Positions 35,363 through 46,257 of a stretch of 64,000 nucleotides of DNA are shown piece after piece (the first letter of the stretch is position 1; the number at the start of each line of letters is the position of its first letter). A model generated the notes under the pieces. The model saw nothing but the letters and a program-made list of their open reading frames with translations, searched no databases and was not told the origin of the DNA. The stretch is from an uncultured delta proteobacterium (lineage in GTDB: Bacteria; Desulfobacterota; Desulfomonilia; UBA1062). The translations under genes and the position numbers were made by a program. The stretch lies in contig CAVVYZ010000001.1 of the NCBI GenBank assembly GCA_963752595.1, positions 288,001 to 352,000 on the forward strand, written 5' to 3'.

Positions 35363-37816
35363 TCACTCGATCCAGGTCACCTTGGGAAGCTCGCGGTCTA
35401 CGGGCTTGTCCGTGGGCACTGCCGGGTATCCGAGCGTCAGGACTGCACCGACCTTATCGTACGGCCATTCGATCCCGAGCCTCTTGTGGAATTTACTTTT
35501 TGTGCGCGGGTCGAGGTTCAGGGCATTGGATACGAATCCCACATAACAGGTACCCAGCCCCAGCGAATGAGCTGCGAGAACCATGTTCTGCCCGCAGATC
35601 CCTATCCCGAGGTCAGGCTCCGAGATATGGAGGTGGTGCTTCAGGAGGAATATGGCGGCCGGCGCATTGAAGAAGGCGTCAAGCCGGCCTTCGCCGAATT
35701 TGGGCGTGATGAGGGCCTGGATGGCACACATGGGCCGCTGGTCGATGGAGTTGGGCTTGATGAAGGCGAGCGATTTCTTGAGTGCGGTCCTCGCCACGCC
35801 CTTGCCCTGGTAGAGCTTCGTGAAGAGGCCGAGGAAGCCGACGGTGGCGGTAGAAAGCTCATCCAGGAGCTTCCTGTCGGTCACGACCACGAATTTCCAG
35901 CCCTGGCAGTTTCCTGCCGATGGTGCGAACCTTCCCGCTTCCAGAACCCGGTGGATCATCTCTCTGGGAACCGCGTCCGGCTTGTAGACCCGTAACGATC
36001 TGCGGCTGTAGATCACTTTCTCCACATCCGTGAGCTGTGACTGTATCTCGGAGAAGGGGAGGGGATTGTCCAGCATGAGCGGGTTCGGTATGCCTTTGCC
36101 GGTCTCGGGATAGTCGAAGTCGTAAGCCCATCTCCCCTTGTCCACCCGGTAGAAGTTGGGGAAGGAGAGAGCGCCCTGCGGGCAGATCGCCTCGCAGCTG
36201 TGGCATGCGATGCAGATTTTTCCGAAATAGGGCATGCCCGTGAATTTGGGCTCTTGCAGCCCGCATCCGAGGCAGCGGCTGCTCTCCGTGCCTGCCTGCT
36301 CAGGATTCAAGGGTTGTGCGACCTCTGCATCGGGATGCTCGAACCTCTTTGCCGCATCCAGATTCTTTGCCTCGTTCCGTTCCGCCTTTTTCCGGTCATT
36401 GAGCGGGACATCCCCGTAGGATATCTCCTTTTTCTCGGGAAGCCCTATGTGGCTGCCGTTCATGAACGCATCTATGGCCAGGGCGGCCTTCATGCCGGAG
36501 CCGATGGCCTCGGAGACCAGGCCGGGGCCCTGGGCGGCATCTCCGCCCCCGAAGATCCCCTCGTGCGGGGTGCGGCCCATGGCATCCACACCGATCCAGG
36601 ACGATCCGAGAACTTTCTCGAATCCCTGGCCGGCAAGCTCCTGCCCGACAGAGGCAATTACCGTGTCGATGTCCGTATCGAACTCACTCCCCTGAACCGG
36701 GACCGGCCTCGGCCTTCCCGAATCGTCGGGATCTCCGAGCTCCATCCTGAGGCTGGTGAGCTTTGCCTTTCCATCTGCAGAGAACCTGACCGGGGCGCAC
36801 AGGTATGCGATCTTTACGCCTTCGTCCCGGGCAGCTTGAATCTCATCCGGGTGGGCGGGCATCTGGGCTTCGGCCCTGCGGTAGAAGACGGTCACCTCCG
36901 AGCCTGTCCTGCGGGCGGAGCGGGCTGCATCGATGGCCGTATTTCCTCCGCCGATCACTGCGACCCTCTTTCCGAGCTTCAGGGGCTTGTTTTCCTTAAC
37001 CGACCTGAGGAAGGCAAGTCCGGAAAAAACCCTTTCAGCCTCCTCGCCGGGGATACCAAGTGCCGTGCCGTTCTGGGCGCCCGGCGCCACATACACTGCA
37101 CTGTATTCCTTCTTCAGCTTGTCCAGATTGATGTCTCTGCCCACGGTGACGCCCATCTTCATGGTGACGCCGAGGTCGACGATCCGTCCGATCTCCTTGT
37201 CCACAACGTTTTCGGGCAGCCGGTAGAGGGGAATTGCGTGTGCGAGCATGCCGCCCGGCTTATCTGCAGAATCGAGCACGGTCACCCGGTACCCCATCCC
37301 GGCGAGGTGGTAGGCGCAGGACAGGCCTGACGGGCCCGAACCTACCACGGCGACATGTTCCTTTCTGATCTTTGCAGGCTTTTCGAACTTCAGCCCCCGG
37401 GCGAGGCCATAGTCTCCCACGGTCCGTTCGATGCCATGGACGTTAACCGCACTGTCCACTCCCAGGCGGTTGCACGACCCTTCGCAGGGATGCGGGCAGA
37501 CTCTGCCCGTAACGGCGGGAAAAGGATTTGTTCGGGTGATGATCTTCCAGGCGTCTTCGAGGGTGCCCCCTGAAGAGAGGACCTGAAGATACCCGCGGAT
37601 ATCCGTTCCCGCAGGGCAGTGATAGGAGCAGGACGGCTGCTGCTTTTGCGATGCTTCTTTTCTGGGCGTCATCTCCAGGGTCTGACAGGGGCACTGCTTG
37701 ATGCACACGCCGCAACCGATGCACTTGTCGCCGTCAACCGTTATGGAAAACGGGCGTGTGGTGACCGGGGGATCGTTCAGATACCGGAATTTGCTCGACT
37801 CGAAATCTTGCGACAT
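35363..37816 (-). CDS. Ferredoxin / GltD-like FAD-NAD(P) oxidoreductase / nitroreductase fusion
   Basis: CIGCGVCIKQCP; GRVCPHPCE; GSGPSG; IGGGNTAID; CIACHSCEAICP; SRRSLR, APSAGNCQ, LAAHSLGLGTCYVG. Confidence 0.88.
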   Translation of the reverse strand: MSQDFESSKFRYLNDPPVTTRPFSITVDGDKCIGCGVCIKQCPCQTLEMTPRKEASQKQQPSCSYHCPAGTDIRGYLQVLSSGGTLEDAWKIITRTNPFPAVTGRVCPHPCEGSCNRLGVDSAVNVHGIERTVGDYGLARGLKFEKPAKIRKEHVAVVGSGPSGLSCAYHLAGMGYRVTVLDSADKPGGMLAHAIPLYRLPENVVDKEIGRIVDLGVTMKMGVTVGRDINLDKLKKEYSAVYVAPGAQNGTALGIPGEEAERVFSGLAFLRSVKENKPLKLGKRVAVIGGGNTAIDAARSARRTGSEVTVFYRRAEAQMPAHPDEIQAARDEGVKIAYLCAPVRFSADGKAKLTSLRMELGDPDDSGRPRPVPVQGSEFDTDIDTVIASVGQELAGQGFEKVLGSSWIGVDAMGRTPHEGIFGGGDAAQGPGLVSEAIGSGMKAALAIDAFMNGSHIGLPEKKEISYGDVPLNDRKKAERNEAKNLDAAKRFEHPDAEVAQPLNPEQAGTESSRCLGCGLQEPKFTGMPYFGKICIACHSCEAICPQGALSFPNFYRVDKGRWAYDFDYPETGKGIPNPLMLDNPLPFSEIQSQLTDVEKVIYSRRSLRVYKPDAVPREMIHRVLEAGRFAPSAGNCQGWKFVVVTDRKLLDELSTATVGFLGLFTKLYQGKGVARTALKKSLAFIKPNSIDQRPMCAIQALITPKFGEGRLDAFFNAPAAIFLLKHHLHISEPDLGIGICGQNMVLAAHSLGLGTCYVGFVSNALNLDPRTKSKFHKRLGIEWPYDKVGAVLTLGYPAVPTDKPVDRELPKVTWIE

Positions 37817-37839
37817 TGACATTACCTCCTTTTTTAACT

Positions 37840-39078
37840 TCAGACCCTTTCCAGGAGATGGATCGTCATGGAAGCCTCTTCCACTCCCAGGTTGCCGCCG
37901 CCGTTCTCGGTGAGGCCGATCCTCGCTCCCTGGACCTGGCGTTTCCCGGCCTCTCCCCTGAGCTGCGTTACCACCTCGTAGAACTGGGCGAGCCCGGACG
38001 CACCGATGGGATGTCCCCGGCATTCCAGGCCGCCGCTCGTGTTCACCGGGATCTTCCCGCCAAGGACAGTTGCTCCGGATTCAGCGAGGATTCCTCCTTC
38101 ACCCGGCGCACAGAAGCCCATGGCCTCATACTGGTGCAGCTCGCCGTAGGCAGTGGCGTCGTGAAGCTCGGCAAGATCGATGTCATCCGGCCCGAGGCCG
38201 GCGATCTCGTAGGCCTGTTTCGAGAGCCTCTCACCGATATCGATGCCATCGATGTCGCGGTCGGTCCCCGAGCCCAGCACCGAGGCCATGATCCGGACAG
38301 GCCGGCTATTTTTGAGCTTCTTCAGGTAATTCTCCGAGCAGATGATGGCGGCAGCCGCACCGTCTCCTATAGGCGCGCACATGGGCACGGTCAGCGGATA
38401 GGTTACGGGCCGGGCGTTCATGACCTCGTCTACGGTCATGGTTTCCTGGTATTGCGCCTTGGGGTTCAGCGACCCATGAAAGTGGTTCTTGGAGCAGATC
38501 ACTGCGAGCTGCTGCTTTGTCGATCCGTACTTCTTCATATGCCATCTGGCACCCATGGCATAGGCATCCATGAAAATGCTCCTGCCCTCGCCGGGAGGCG
38601 TTTCGCCGGCAGGCAGTTTGAAGTCGAGCTTCTTGTTGAGCTCCATGAACATGTTGATGTGCTGCTCGAAGTTCTCCACGTCCATGCACGTGGCATAGGC
38701 GCTGAATGACATTGCCTTGTTCTCATGGGTGATCTTTTCCGAGCCCATGGCCAGCACCACATCGTACATCCCGGACCTGACGGCCGTATATCCCAGGTGG
38801 AAGGCGGTCGAGGCACCTGCGCATGCATTCTCGCAGTTTACGATGGGGATGCCCCTGATCCCCGCATCCCAGAGCATGACCTCGCCCCGTATGGAATGCT
38901 GGTTCGCGAACATGCCCCAGAAGGTATTGGACACATAGGCCGCCTGGATGTCCTTCCGGGCGAGCCCTGCATCGGCCAGTACCAGGTCCACGGCTTCCTT
39001 GGCCATACCTCTTACCGATCCGCTGAGATACTTGCCGAACCGGGTCATGCCGACGCCGATAACGTATACATTACTCAT
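37840..39078 (-). CDS. Thiolase family protein (SCP2-thiolase type)
   Basis: ENACAGAS, DGAAA, ELHDA, NTSGGL..GHPIGASG. Confidence 0.9.
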   Translation of the reverse strand: MSNVYVIGVGMTRFGKYLSGSVRGMAKEAVDLVLADAGLARKDIQAAYVSNTFWGMFANQHSIRGEVMLWDAGIRGIPIVNCENACAGASTAFHLGYTAVRSGMYDVVLAMGSEKITHENKAMSFSAYATCMDVENFEQHINMFMELNKKLDFKLPAGETPPGEGRSIFMDAYAMGARWHMKKYGSTKQQLAVICSKNHFHGSLNPKAQYQETMTVDEVMNARPVTYPLTVPMCAPIGDGAAAAIICSENYLKKLKNSRPVRIMASVLGSGTDRDIDGIDIGERLSKQAYEIAGLGPDDIDLAELHDATAYGELHQYEAMGFCAPGEGGILAESGATVLGGKIPVNTSGGLECRGHPIGASGLAQFYEVVTQLRGEAGKRQVQGARIGLTENGGGNLGVEEASMTIHLLERV

Positions 39079-39160
39079 GCATAACTCCTTTGTTGTGATG
39101 GATTGATGCAACACTCCCGTACGAATGGCCCCGAGGGGGCTTTCCCCTGATCAGCCATAC

Positions 39161-40426
39161 TCAGTAGGGTTTCTCCCCGAAGAGTATCTCGTGGCCGATG
39201 GCGAGGCCTAAGGTCTCGTTGGAACCGTCCTCGATCCTGGTCGAGGTGATATCCCGGAAGAGCTTCTCGATGACGTACTCCTTGGATAGCCCGTTTCCGC
39301 CGAATATCTGCAGCGCCTGCTGCGCCACCTCGAAGGCCATGCGCGAGCAGAACACCTTGGACGCCATGGAATAGGTGGTATGCGGCGGGAAGCTCCAGAG
39401 ATTGTAGTTCATGACGTTCCGGGAGAGCTGCCTGGAGGCTTCGATATTGATAAACATGTCTGAGAGCCTTCTCATGACGTCCTGGTGCTTGCAGAGGAGC
39501 TTTCCTCCCTGGACCCTTTCCTTGGTGTAGGACAGCGTCTCCTCGAAGGCAGCCCTGGCGCCTCCGAGGCACATGATGGCCATGTGGGCGTTCGCCGCTC
39601 CCAGGACCAGGTCGGTCATCTGCTCATAGGCGCTTGCATCGCAGATGATCCGTTCCTTCGGGACCCGGACGTCGTCAAAGTAGAGTTCTCCCTGGGGAAG
39701 ATCCCGCTGGCCGATTTTATCAAGGGCTTTTCCCCTCGAGACCCCCGGTACCGTGAGGTCGGCGATGGCGATACCCCCGCCTGCGAGACCCATGGATGAA
39801 TCGGTGCCGAAGAACAGGAGCGCCGTGGATGCCGTGGTGCCGTTTGATACCCAGGCAGCCTTCTGACCGTTGAGTATCCAGTCGTCTCCATCCTTTCTAC
39901 CCACGAGCTGGTGGCTGATCTTGGGGTTGTGGAAATGGGGCTGATACGGTGTGAGCATGTCAGAGCCGTGCTCGGGCTCTGTGATGGCCCAGCACCCGAG
40001 GAGCGAGCAGTCCCGGTCGGCCACGTAGGGCCTGATGACCATATCCTCGAGCTCGGGATAGTCTGAAAGGATCATCGAGGTAAAGAACGAGGGAAAGACA
40101 TCCACGCCGCACGCAACGGCAAGCCCTATGCTCCCTGCAGCCATCTCTTCAAAGAAGATGTGGAGACCCAGGGGGTCGAGCCCGATGCCGCCCATCTCCT
40201 CGGGGATGAATATGGTGTGGTAGCCGAGCTCGTGCATCTTTCTCATGCACGACCAGTACGGCGAGCCTTGCTTGGCCACATCCACTGCGCTCATCTTGTC
40301 GAGCTCGATGGATGCCGGCCTCACGACCTCTGAGGCGAACTTTCTGACCGACTTCTTCAATGCCTCGTGGTCTTCGTTCAAACTGATCTGGTCTGAAACC
40401 TGCAAATCAACAAAATCATATGCCAT
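39161..40426 (-). CDS. Acyl-CoA dehydrogenase
   Basis: WAITEPEHGSD, LNGQKAWVSNG, ERVQGG, LQIFGGNG, EKLFRD. Confidence 0.92.
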   Translation of the reverse strand: MAYDFVDLQVSDQISLNEDHEALKKSVRKFASEVVRPASIELDKMSAVDVAKQGSPYWSCMRKMHELGYHTIFIPEEMGGIGLDPLGLHIFFEEMAAGSIGLAVACGVDVFPSFFTSMILSDYPELEDMVIRPYVADRDCSLLGCWAITEPEHGSDMLTPYQPHFHNPKISHQLVGRKDGDDWILNGQKAAWVSNGTTASTALLFFGTDSSMGLAGGGIAIADLTVPGVSRGKALDKIGQRDLPQGELYFDDVRVPKERIICDASAYEQMTDLVLGAANAHMAIMCLGGARAAFEETLSYTKERVQGGKLLCKHQDVMRRLSDMFINIEASRQLSRNVMNYNLWSFPPHTTYSMASKVFCSRMAFEVAQQALQIFGGNGLSKEYVIEKLFRDITSTRIEDGSNETLGLAIGHEILFGEKPY

Positions 40427-40464
40427 GGTATCCGCTCCTTATTGTGTGGTGATGCAGCCCTTCG

Positions 40465-42063
40465 TTACATGCGAAAGACATTGGATGCGCCCTTGCTGAA
40501 CTCGTCGCGCAGAACACGGTCGAGGTTCTTTTCCGATGCGGTTTTGGGAATTTCGGCCACCACCTGGAGAAACTGGGGGATGAAGCTCTTCTCCAGTACC
40601 CGGCCGAGATCGGCAGCAACCTTTCTATGGTCGATTGCCATCCCTGTAGCCGGCACGATGGCGGCGACGATGTCGCTCTCGCCCGGTGCCCCTGACTCGG
40701 CGGGTATCCCGTATACGCAGACGTCGGTTATTTCGGGGAGATCAGCCAGCGCCTTCTCGACATACTCGGGCAGGATGAAATCACCATGACGCCTCAGGCC
40801 GCCACCCTTTCTGTAGTCGAAGAACAGCCAGCCGTCCTTGTCCTTGTGGCACATGTCGCCCGTTCTGAGCACGCCTCCGCGGGTCTTCTCCTCCGAGGCC
40901 TTCTTCTTGCCCAGGTACTCCACCTCCACCTTGCCCTGCTTCTGGGCTACCACGAGCTCGCCGATCTCACCCGGCTCGCACTCGGAATCGTCATCCCGCA
41001 CGATCCTCGTATCCATGACCCCTTCGATGGGTTTGCCGAAAGACCCGATAGGCCCGGTTCCCGGTGCGTTGTGTGCAAAGCCCCCCTCAACGGCTCCGTA
41101 CCATTCGTGAATCTTCACATCGAAGCGGTTCTCGAAGTCCTCCCAGATACTCATGGGAGTGCCTGCGCTCAGGACCTTGCGGACCGGGTTGTCTGCATCT
41201 TCCGGATTTCTCGGCTCGCTGTAGATGCCCATCATCATGCCTCCCAGAAGCGAGAACGACGTGCAGCCGTATTTTCTGCATATGTCCCACAGCCTGCTCT
41301 TGGTGAACTTGCGGCTGATGACCGAGGGGATGTTCAGTACGAGGGAAGGCACCAGGGTCACGGACTGGGCATTGCCGTGGGTCAGGGATAGGCCGGTATA
41401 GAGCTTGTCTTCCGCGGTGTACTGCCAGATGAACTGGGCGAGCATCGTGAACATGGGAAGCCTGCCGCCCTTTATGACCACACCCTTGGGGTCGCCCGTG
41501 GTCCCCGAGGTGTAGATGACCTCGAAGGGTATGTTCACCTCTTTGTTGACAGCATCGGGCAGCCCGCGATCAGGACCATCGAGTATCTCGTTGAAGGAGG
41601 GATATTTCTCCGGGGCAGCCTTTCCAAAGCCTTCCTTTGATAAGACGCCGATCACATTCACATCCGGAAGTTGGGACAAAGACTTCTCCACATCGTCCAT
41701 GAATTCGGCAGTGAATATGATGCCCTTGGAATTGGAATCCCTGATCTGATAGCTGAGCTTGCTCCCCTTGGAGCGCGGATCGATGGGCACCACGACGGCC
41801 CCGGTAATGGATGCCGCAAGCATAGTATAGAGAAATTCCGGGTGGTTGCGCATGACGAGGCTGAAACGGTCGCCTTTGCCGATGCCTGCCTTCTGCAGGC
41901 CACGTGCTGCCTTGCAGCTCTTCAGGAACAGATCGCCGTACGTGACGACCTCATCTGCCAGGCCTTCTCCGTTCTCGAAGGTAACGATCTGCAAATCGGG
42001 AAACGCCTCGGCCTTTGCCCGGATCTCGTCCCAGAACAAACCGGCTGTACACTCTTCAGACAT
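40465..42063 (-). CDS. Acyl-CoA synthetase (AMP-binding, CaiC-like)
   Basis: IYTSGTTGDPKG, YGAVE, RTGD, PKTASEK. Confidence 0.92.
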   Translation of the reverse strand: MSEECTAGLFWDEIRAKAEAFPDLQIVTFENGEGLADEVVTYGDLFLKSCKAARGLQKAGIGKGDRFSLVMRNHPEFLYTMLAASITGAVVVPIDPRSKGSKLSYQIRDSNSKGIIFTAEFMDDVEKSLSQLPDVNVIGVLSKEGFGKAAPEKYPSFNEILDGPDRGLPDAVNKEVNIPFEVIYTSGTTGDPKGVVIKGGRLPMFTMLAQFIWQYTAEDKLYTGLSLTHGNAQSVTLVPSLVLNIPSVISRKFTKSRLWDICRKYGCTSFSLLGGMMMGIYSEPRNPEDADNPVRKVLSAGTPMSIWEDFENRFDVKIHEWYGAVEGGFAHNAPGTGPIGSFGKPIEGVMDTRIVRDDDSECEPGEIGELVVAQKQGKVEVEYLGKKKASEEKTRGGVLRTGDMCHKDKDGWLFFDYRKGGGLRRHGDFILPEYVEKALADLPEITDVCVYGIPAESGAPGESDIVAAIVPATGMAIDHRKVAADLGRVLEKSFIPQFLQVVAEIPKTASEKNLDRVLRDEFSKGASNVFRM

Positions 42064-42118
42064 ACGACCTCCTTGTTTCTTGGTGTTGGAAAATGTATGG
42101 AAAGCTCTGATGCAGGCC

Positions 42119-42502
42119 CTAGATGCCGTGTTTTTTCATGTACTCCGGGTACATCTCATATGCGGGCTTCAACATCGGCAGGAGCTTCATGACCTTGGCG
42201 ATATTCCCTTTTGACCTGATCTGCCTTTTCGCGAGCGCGATGGGCAGGTTGAGCTCTTTTTTCCAGAAAGCATGACACGTATCTCCGGAGAGCTGCATGG
42301 TGATGTCTGCCTTCAGGTTCTGCTCCCCGAATTCGATGCCGTCCGGGCCTACCCAGAGCACTGCGGCCGGGTCGGAGATCTCGAACTTCAGCTGGATGGA
42401 TGCGTTCTTCACCGCACTGTTGAAATCCGGCCTTTCATACAGTGCCTTCCAGAAGCCGCCCAGGACCTCGTACAGGTTATCCGTATTCTTGAATACCGCC
42501 AT
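42119..42502 (-). CDS. SCP2 sterol/lipid-binding domain protein
   Basis: Size, ADITM...ALAKRQIRSKGN..KVMKL pattern, and lipid-catabolism context. Confidence 0.75.
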   Translation of the reverse strand: MAVFKNTDNLYEVLGGFWKALYERPDFNSAVKNASIQLKFEISDPAAVLWVGPDGIEFGEQNLKADITMQLSGDTCHAFWKKELNLPIALAKRQIRSKGNIAKVMKLLPMLKPAYEMYPEYMKKHGI

Positions 42503-42909
42503 GATAAACCCCCTTTGATGTGTAAATGACTTATTGTCTTACAATTTTAGTGCTGGCCCCGAGGGTAATATGGGCGGGATTTTGAAACAATGTGAGGCGG
42601 GGTCAATTATGTTGTGACTTTCGGACAAGCAGGACGGCCGGGCTCGCTTTTCAAGCTGTGAAGGGGTTTTCCCCGAGGGTGGCCCAAAATAACAATGAAA
42701 ATGTCCTTATTACATAATACCGGGAGCTCGATTATGATATAAAAGAAGAAATGTAGAATGTGATATCATTGGTTGATATTTCCAAAAATGGATCAGGCAT
42801 TTAAGGAGTAATAGAGGGCCCTTTTCATGAGAAGCAGGGCAGGAGAGGAGAAGAATGTGATATCCTTCGGCAATAAGCGGCCACTCTCAAGCTGCCCGGG
42901 TATTCTCGG

Positions 42910-43980
42910 ATGAACGGGGTATCTATGGTAAAACAGCCGTCATATCAGAATACGATTCATGTCAGGACCGGGAACACTCTACCCCTCTTTCGCTCTATCT
43001 ACACGGTAACCATCCTGGCCGATTATGCCAAGGCACAGGGGATCAACATAGAGAGATTGCTTGCCGGCAGCGGGATACGGGTCCAGGATCTGTATGACGA
43101 TAAAATATTCATTACCCCCAATCAGGAATTCAAGGTCTTCAGAAAAGCCATTGAAATGATCCCTGAGCCGAGGCTCGGGTTACAGATAGGCAGGCATTAT
43201 AACGTCAGCGCGAACGGCAAGGTGGCAATCCCTGCAATGTTCTGCGACACCTTTCTGGATGCGATACGGATGATGTACCGTTACATCGAGCTCACCTTGT
43301 CGCTCTTCCAGTATGAGCTAAGCGTAAAAGACGATCTTGCATGCATGACCATGAAAGACCTCACTGACTTCGGTGATCTCCGCCGCTTCATCTATGAAAG
43401 AGAGCTGGTGTCGGTCTATCTGATGAGCAACGGCATACTCGGGGTCCCCCTGGTCTTGAAAGAAATGAGATTGACCTATCCCCGGCCGGAGCATGCTTCT
43501 ACGTATCAGGAGATCTTTCATTGTCCGGTATCGTTCGGCGCGGATGAGAATCAGATCTTCTTTGACCGCAGTTACCTGTCCATGCCTCTGCCCATGGCGA
43601 ATGCACTTGCACGCCAGGCGTATGAGAAAGAATGCAAAAAGATGCACACCCGCCTGAAAGAGCAGGGCACCACCCTGGATAAGATCCGGCAGGAGCTGCA
43701 ATTCCCGGATGAAGGGTTTCCTTCTTTCGAGCAGCTTGCCCGCCGCATGAACTTTTCTCCCAGGACGCTCAGGCGGCACCTCATTGCAGAGGGTACATCA
43801 TACAAGAATCTGTTGAACGAGATCCGGAAAGAGAAGGCTATCGAGCTCCTGAATACCACGAAATTCCCCATAGAAAGGATTGCCGTCGAACTCGGCTACA
43901 GCGATGTGCCCAACTTCTACCATGCATTCAAGAGCTGGACCGGAACTACACCCATGAACTACCGGAAAATGAAACAGTAA
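42910..43980 (+). CDS. AraC family transcriptional regulator (divergent from the lipid operon)
   Basis: C-terminal HTH SPRTLRRHL, IAVELGYSD..NFYHAFKSWTG. Confidence 0.92.
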   Translation: MNGVSMVKQPSYQNTIHVRTGNTLPLFRSIYTVTILADYAKAQGINIERLLAGSGIRVQDLYDDKIFITPNQEFKVFRKAIEMIPEPRLGLQIGRHYNVSANGKVAIPAMFCDTFLDAIRMMYRYIELTLSLFQYELSVKDDLACMTMKDLTDFGDLRRFIYERELVSVYLMSNGILGVPLVLKEMRLTYPRPEHASTYQEIFHCPVSFGADENQIFFDRSYLSMPLPMANALARQAYEKECKKMHTRLKEQGTTLDKIRQELQFPDEGFPSFEQLARRMNFSPRTLRRHLIAEGTSYKNLLNEIRKEKAIELLNTTKFPIERIAVELGYSDVPNFYHAFKSWTGTTPMNYRKMKQ

Positions 43981-44152
43981 CGTGAACTCCGTCGGTCATT
44001 GTCCGGATGGCCCTTCGTCCAGCGCTCATGAACATCCATATCTTTTTCTGACGGAAATCGGCGTAAATCGTATAGTTTAAACAAGGGAATGGAGGTAAGT
44101 AGAATTGGGAACGGGTCCCGGATCGCCAACCGTTTCTCGTCCGGAAGGAAGC

Positions 44153-44488
44153 ATGATTAAAAATTGTGGACGTATCGGGTTCGGTGTTTTTCTGTTTGCC
44201 TCTGCTGCATTCGCTCAGAATGCAGCAGATATGAAGGGACCCCTGCACACGGGAGTTGAAGTTATGGCTGCTGCCGGCCCATTAAGCGGCAGCAGCATCA
44301 GTCCTGCACCGTCCACCGGCGCAGGATTCGCCAAGCTTTCGGGGCTGAAAAAACTTGAATACCTCGGGCTTCAGTATGTCCCGATCAGCGACGCAAGCAT
44401 GCCCGTCATTGGGAGGAACACGAACCTGAAGAATCAGACCCTGTCTTTCACGAGGGTGTCCGATGCAGGCCTGCCGCTTGATCCGTAA
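44153..44488 (+). pseudogene. Fragment of a secreted leucine-rich-repeat protein
   Basis: Signal-like start, then only ~2 LRR units (LKKLEYLGL..VPISD; LKNQTLSFTRVSDAGL). Confidence 0.4.
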
Positions 44489-44737
44489 TCCGGGAACGGA
44501 CAGGCTGTACCGTGATTGCTGTTCAGCGGGGCGGCACGACTATGACCAAGCCCAATCCGGACATCGTCATGAGAAGGGATGGCGAGTCGTTCGTCATCGG
44601 GACCTATGATGCTGAACACGTATTCCTGCATAAATTCAACACCTGACAACACCCAGGGAATTCATGTATAGTGACCGTTAAATTCCGAGAAAACAGCCTG
44701 CGATATATACACACGGCCGGTATGGAGGAGAAGAGGT

Positions 44738-46111
44738 ATGAAAAGCATCATCACGAAAATCAATGCGCTTGCGCGGTATCACAACGAGGTGTCGCCGGAA
44801 CTGGTGAAGGCAAAGGACATCAAGCTCGGCCTGAGGAATTCCGACGGGTCGGGCGTTGTGGTGGGAATCACCTCGAAAGGCACCGTCATCGGGTATGAGA
44901 GGGTTCCCCGGAAAGACGGGCAGGGATTCGAGTTCAGGCCGGTCCCGGGCAGGCTCATTTACTGCGGGTATGATGCCATTGAGCTCGCCAGAAGCATCCA
45001 TGCCGAAAACCGGTTCGGGTTTGAAGAGGTGGCATACCTTCTCCTGACAGGCGAGCTTCCCTGCCCCGAAGACCTGGAGACTTTCACCGACATCCTCGCC
45101 AGGAAGAGGGCGTTGACAAAGCTCGAACGCGGCATCCTCATGCAGGAGGCCCAGAACGAGAACCAGATGTTCGCCCTGCATGCGGTCATCTCGCACTTGA
45201 GCAGGTGCGACCCCAACCCGGTGTCCACCGAGATCGAAGACGTGATCGAAAACTGCATCGCTCTCACCGCGAAGTTTCCCACCATCGTGGCCTATAATTA
45301 CAATGTCACCCGCTATCGCAACGGGGAAGACCTGTTCATGGTCAGGCCCGATCCGAAACTGTCCATGGCCGAGAACTTCCTGTACATGCTCAAGGGCAGG
45401 AAGCCCTTGCGGGAAGAGGCACTCCTCTTCGACCTCTCGCTCATGCTCCATGCAGAGCACGGCGGCGGAAACAACTCCACCTTTGCCGTGCGCACCGTGT
45501 CTTCCAGCGGCGCAAATACCTACATGGCCATCTGTGCCGGCATCGCGTCCTTAAGCGGCCACCTCCACGGCGGGGCTAACGAGGCCGTCATGATGATGTT
45601 GCAATCCATAAAGAAGAACGTGAAAAACTGGGAGAGCCCCAAACAGGTGAGGTCCTACCTGGCGAAGATCCTCGACAAAAAGGCCTACGACCGCGCCGGT
45701 AAGATCTACGGCATGGGGCACGCGGTATATACGCTCTCGGACCCGAGGTGCGGCATCCTGAAGGGCAAGGCGCTCGAGCTTGCAGTGAAGAAGGAGCAGA
45801 TCCAGGAGCTTCAGCTCATGGACCTCGTGGCCGAGATCGCGGCCGAGCTCATCATGGAGAGAAAAGGCCAGATCGTCTCCCCCAACGTGGATTACTACTC
45901 CGGCTTCGTCTACAAGATCCTCGGCATCCCCCTCGACCTCTTCACCCCGATCTTTGCCATGGCCAGGGTTGCGGGGTGGTCTGCCCACAGGATCGAGCAG
46001 ATCATCCAGGCAAAGCTCATCCGGCCGGCCTATATCACCTCTCTGCCGCAGGAGTTCTCATATGTCCCTCTGGACGTACGGCAGCCGGAGACCGAAGAAA
46101 AATCAGCTTGA
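44738..46111 (+). CDS. Citrate synthase family protein
   Basis: HAEHGGGNNST, LHGGAN, GMGHAVY..DPR, PNVDYYSG, ARVAGW. Confidence 0.93.
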   Translation: MKSIITKINALARYHNEVSPELVKAKDIKLGLRNSDGSGVVVGITSKGTVIGYERVPRKDGQGFEFRPVPGRLIYCGYDAIELARSIHAENRFGFEEVAYLLLTGELPCPEDLETFTDILARKRALTKLERGILMQEAQNENQMFALHAVISHLSRCDPNPVSTEIEDVIENCIALTAKFPTIVAYNYNVTRYRNGEDLFMVRPDPKLSMAENFLYMLKGRKPLREEALLFDLSLMLHAEHGGGNNSTFAVRTVSSSGANTYMAICAGIASLSGHLHGGANEAVMMMLQSIKKNVKNWESPKQVRSYLAKILDKKAYDRAGKIYGMGHAVYTLSDPRCGILKGKALELAVKKEQIQELQLMDLVAEIAAELIMERKGQIVSPNVDYYSGFVYKILGIPLDLFTPIFAMARVAGWSAHRIEQIIQAKLIRPAYITSLPQEFSYVPLDVRQPETEEKSA

Positions 46112-46257
46112 GGGCAGGGCCCGGATACACGGTTTTTTGCGGTTGACACAAGCCCGCAGGCTTTCTATAGTCATGCATAACGAAACGGGAGGGCTCAGGA
46201 GTAAGAGGGTTGAGGGGCTCTCCCTTGTTTTTCATCCGTAGAAGGACAGCACGCCCT

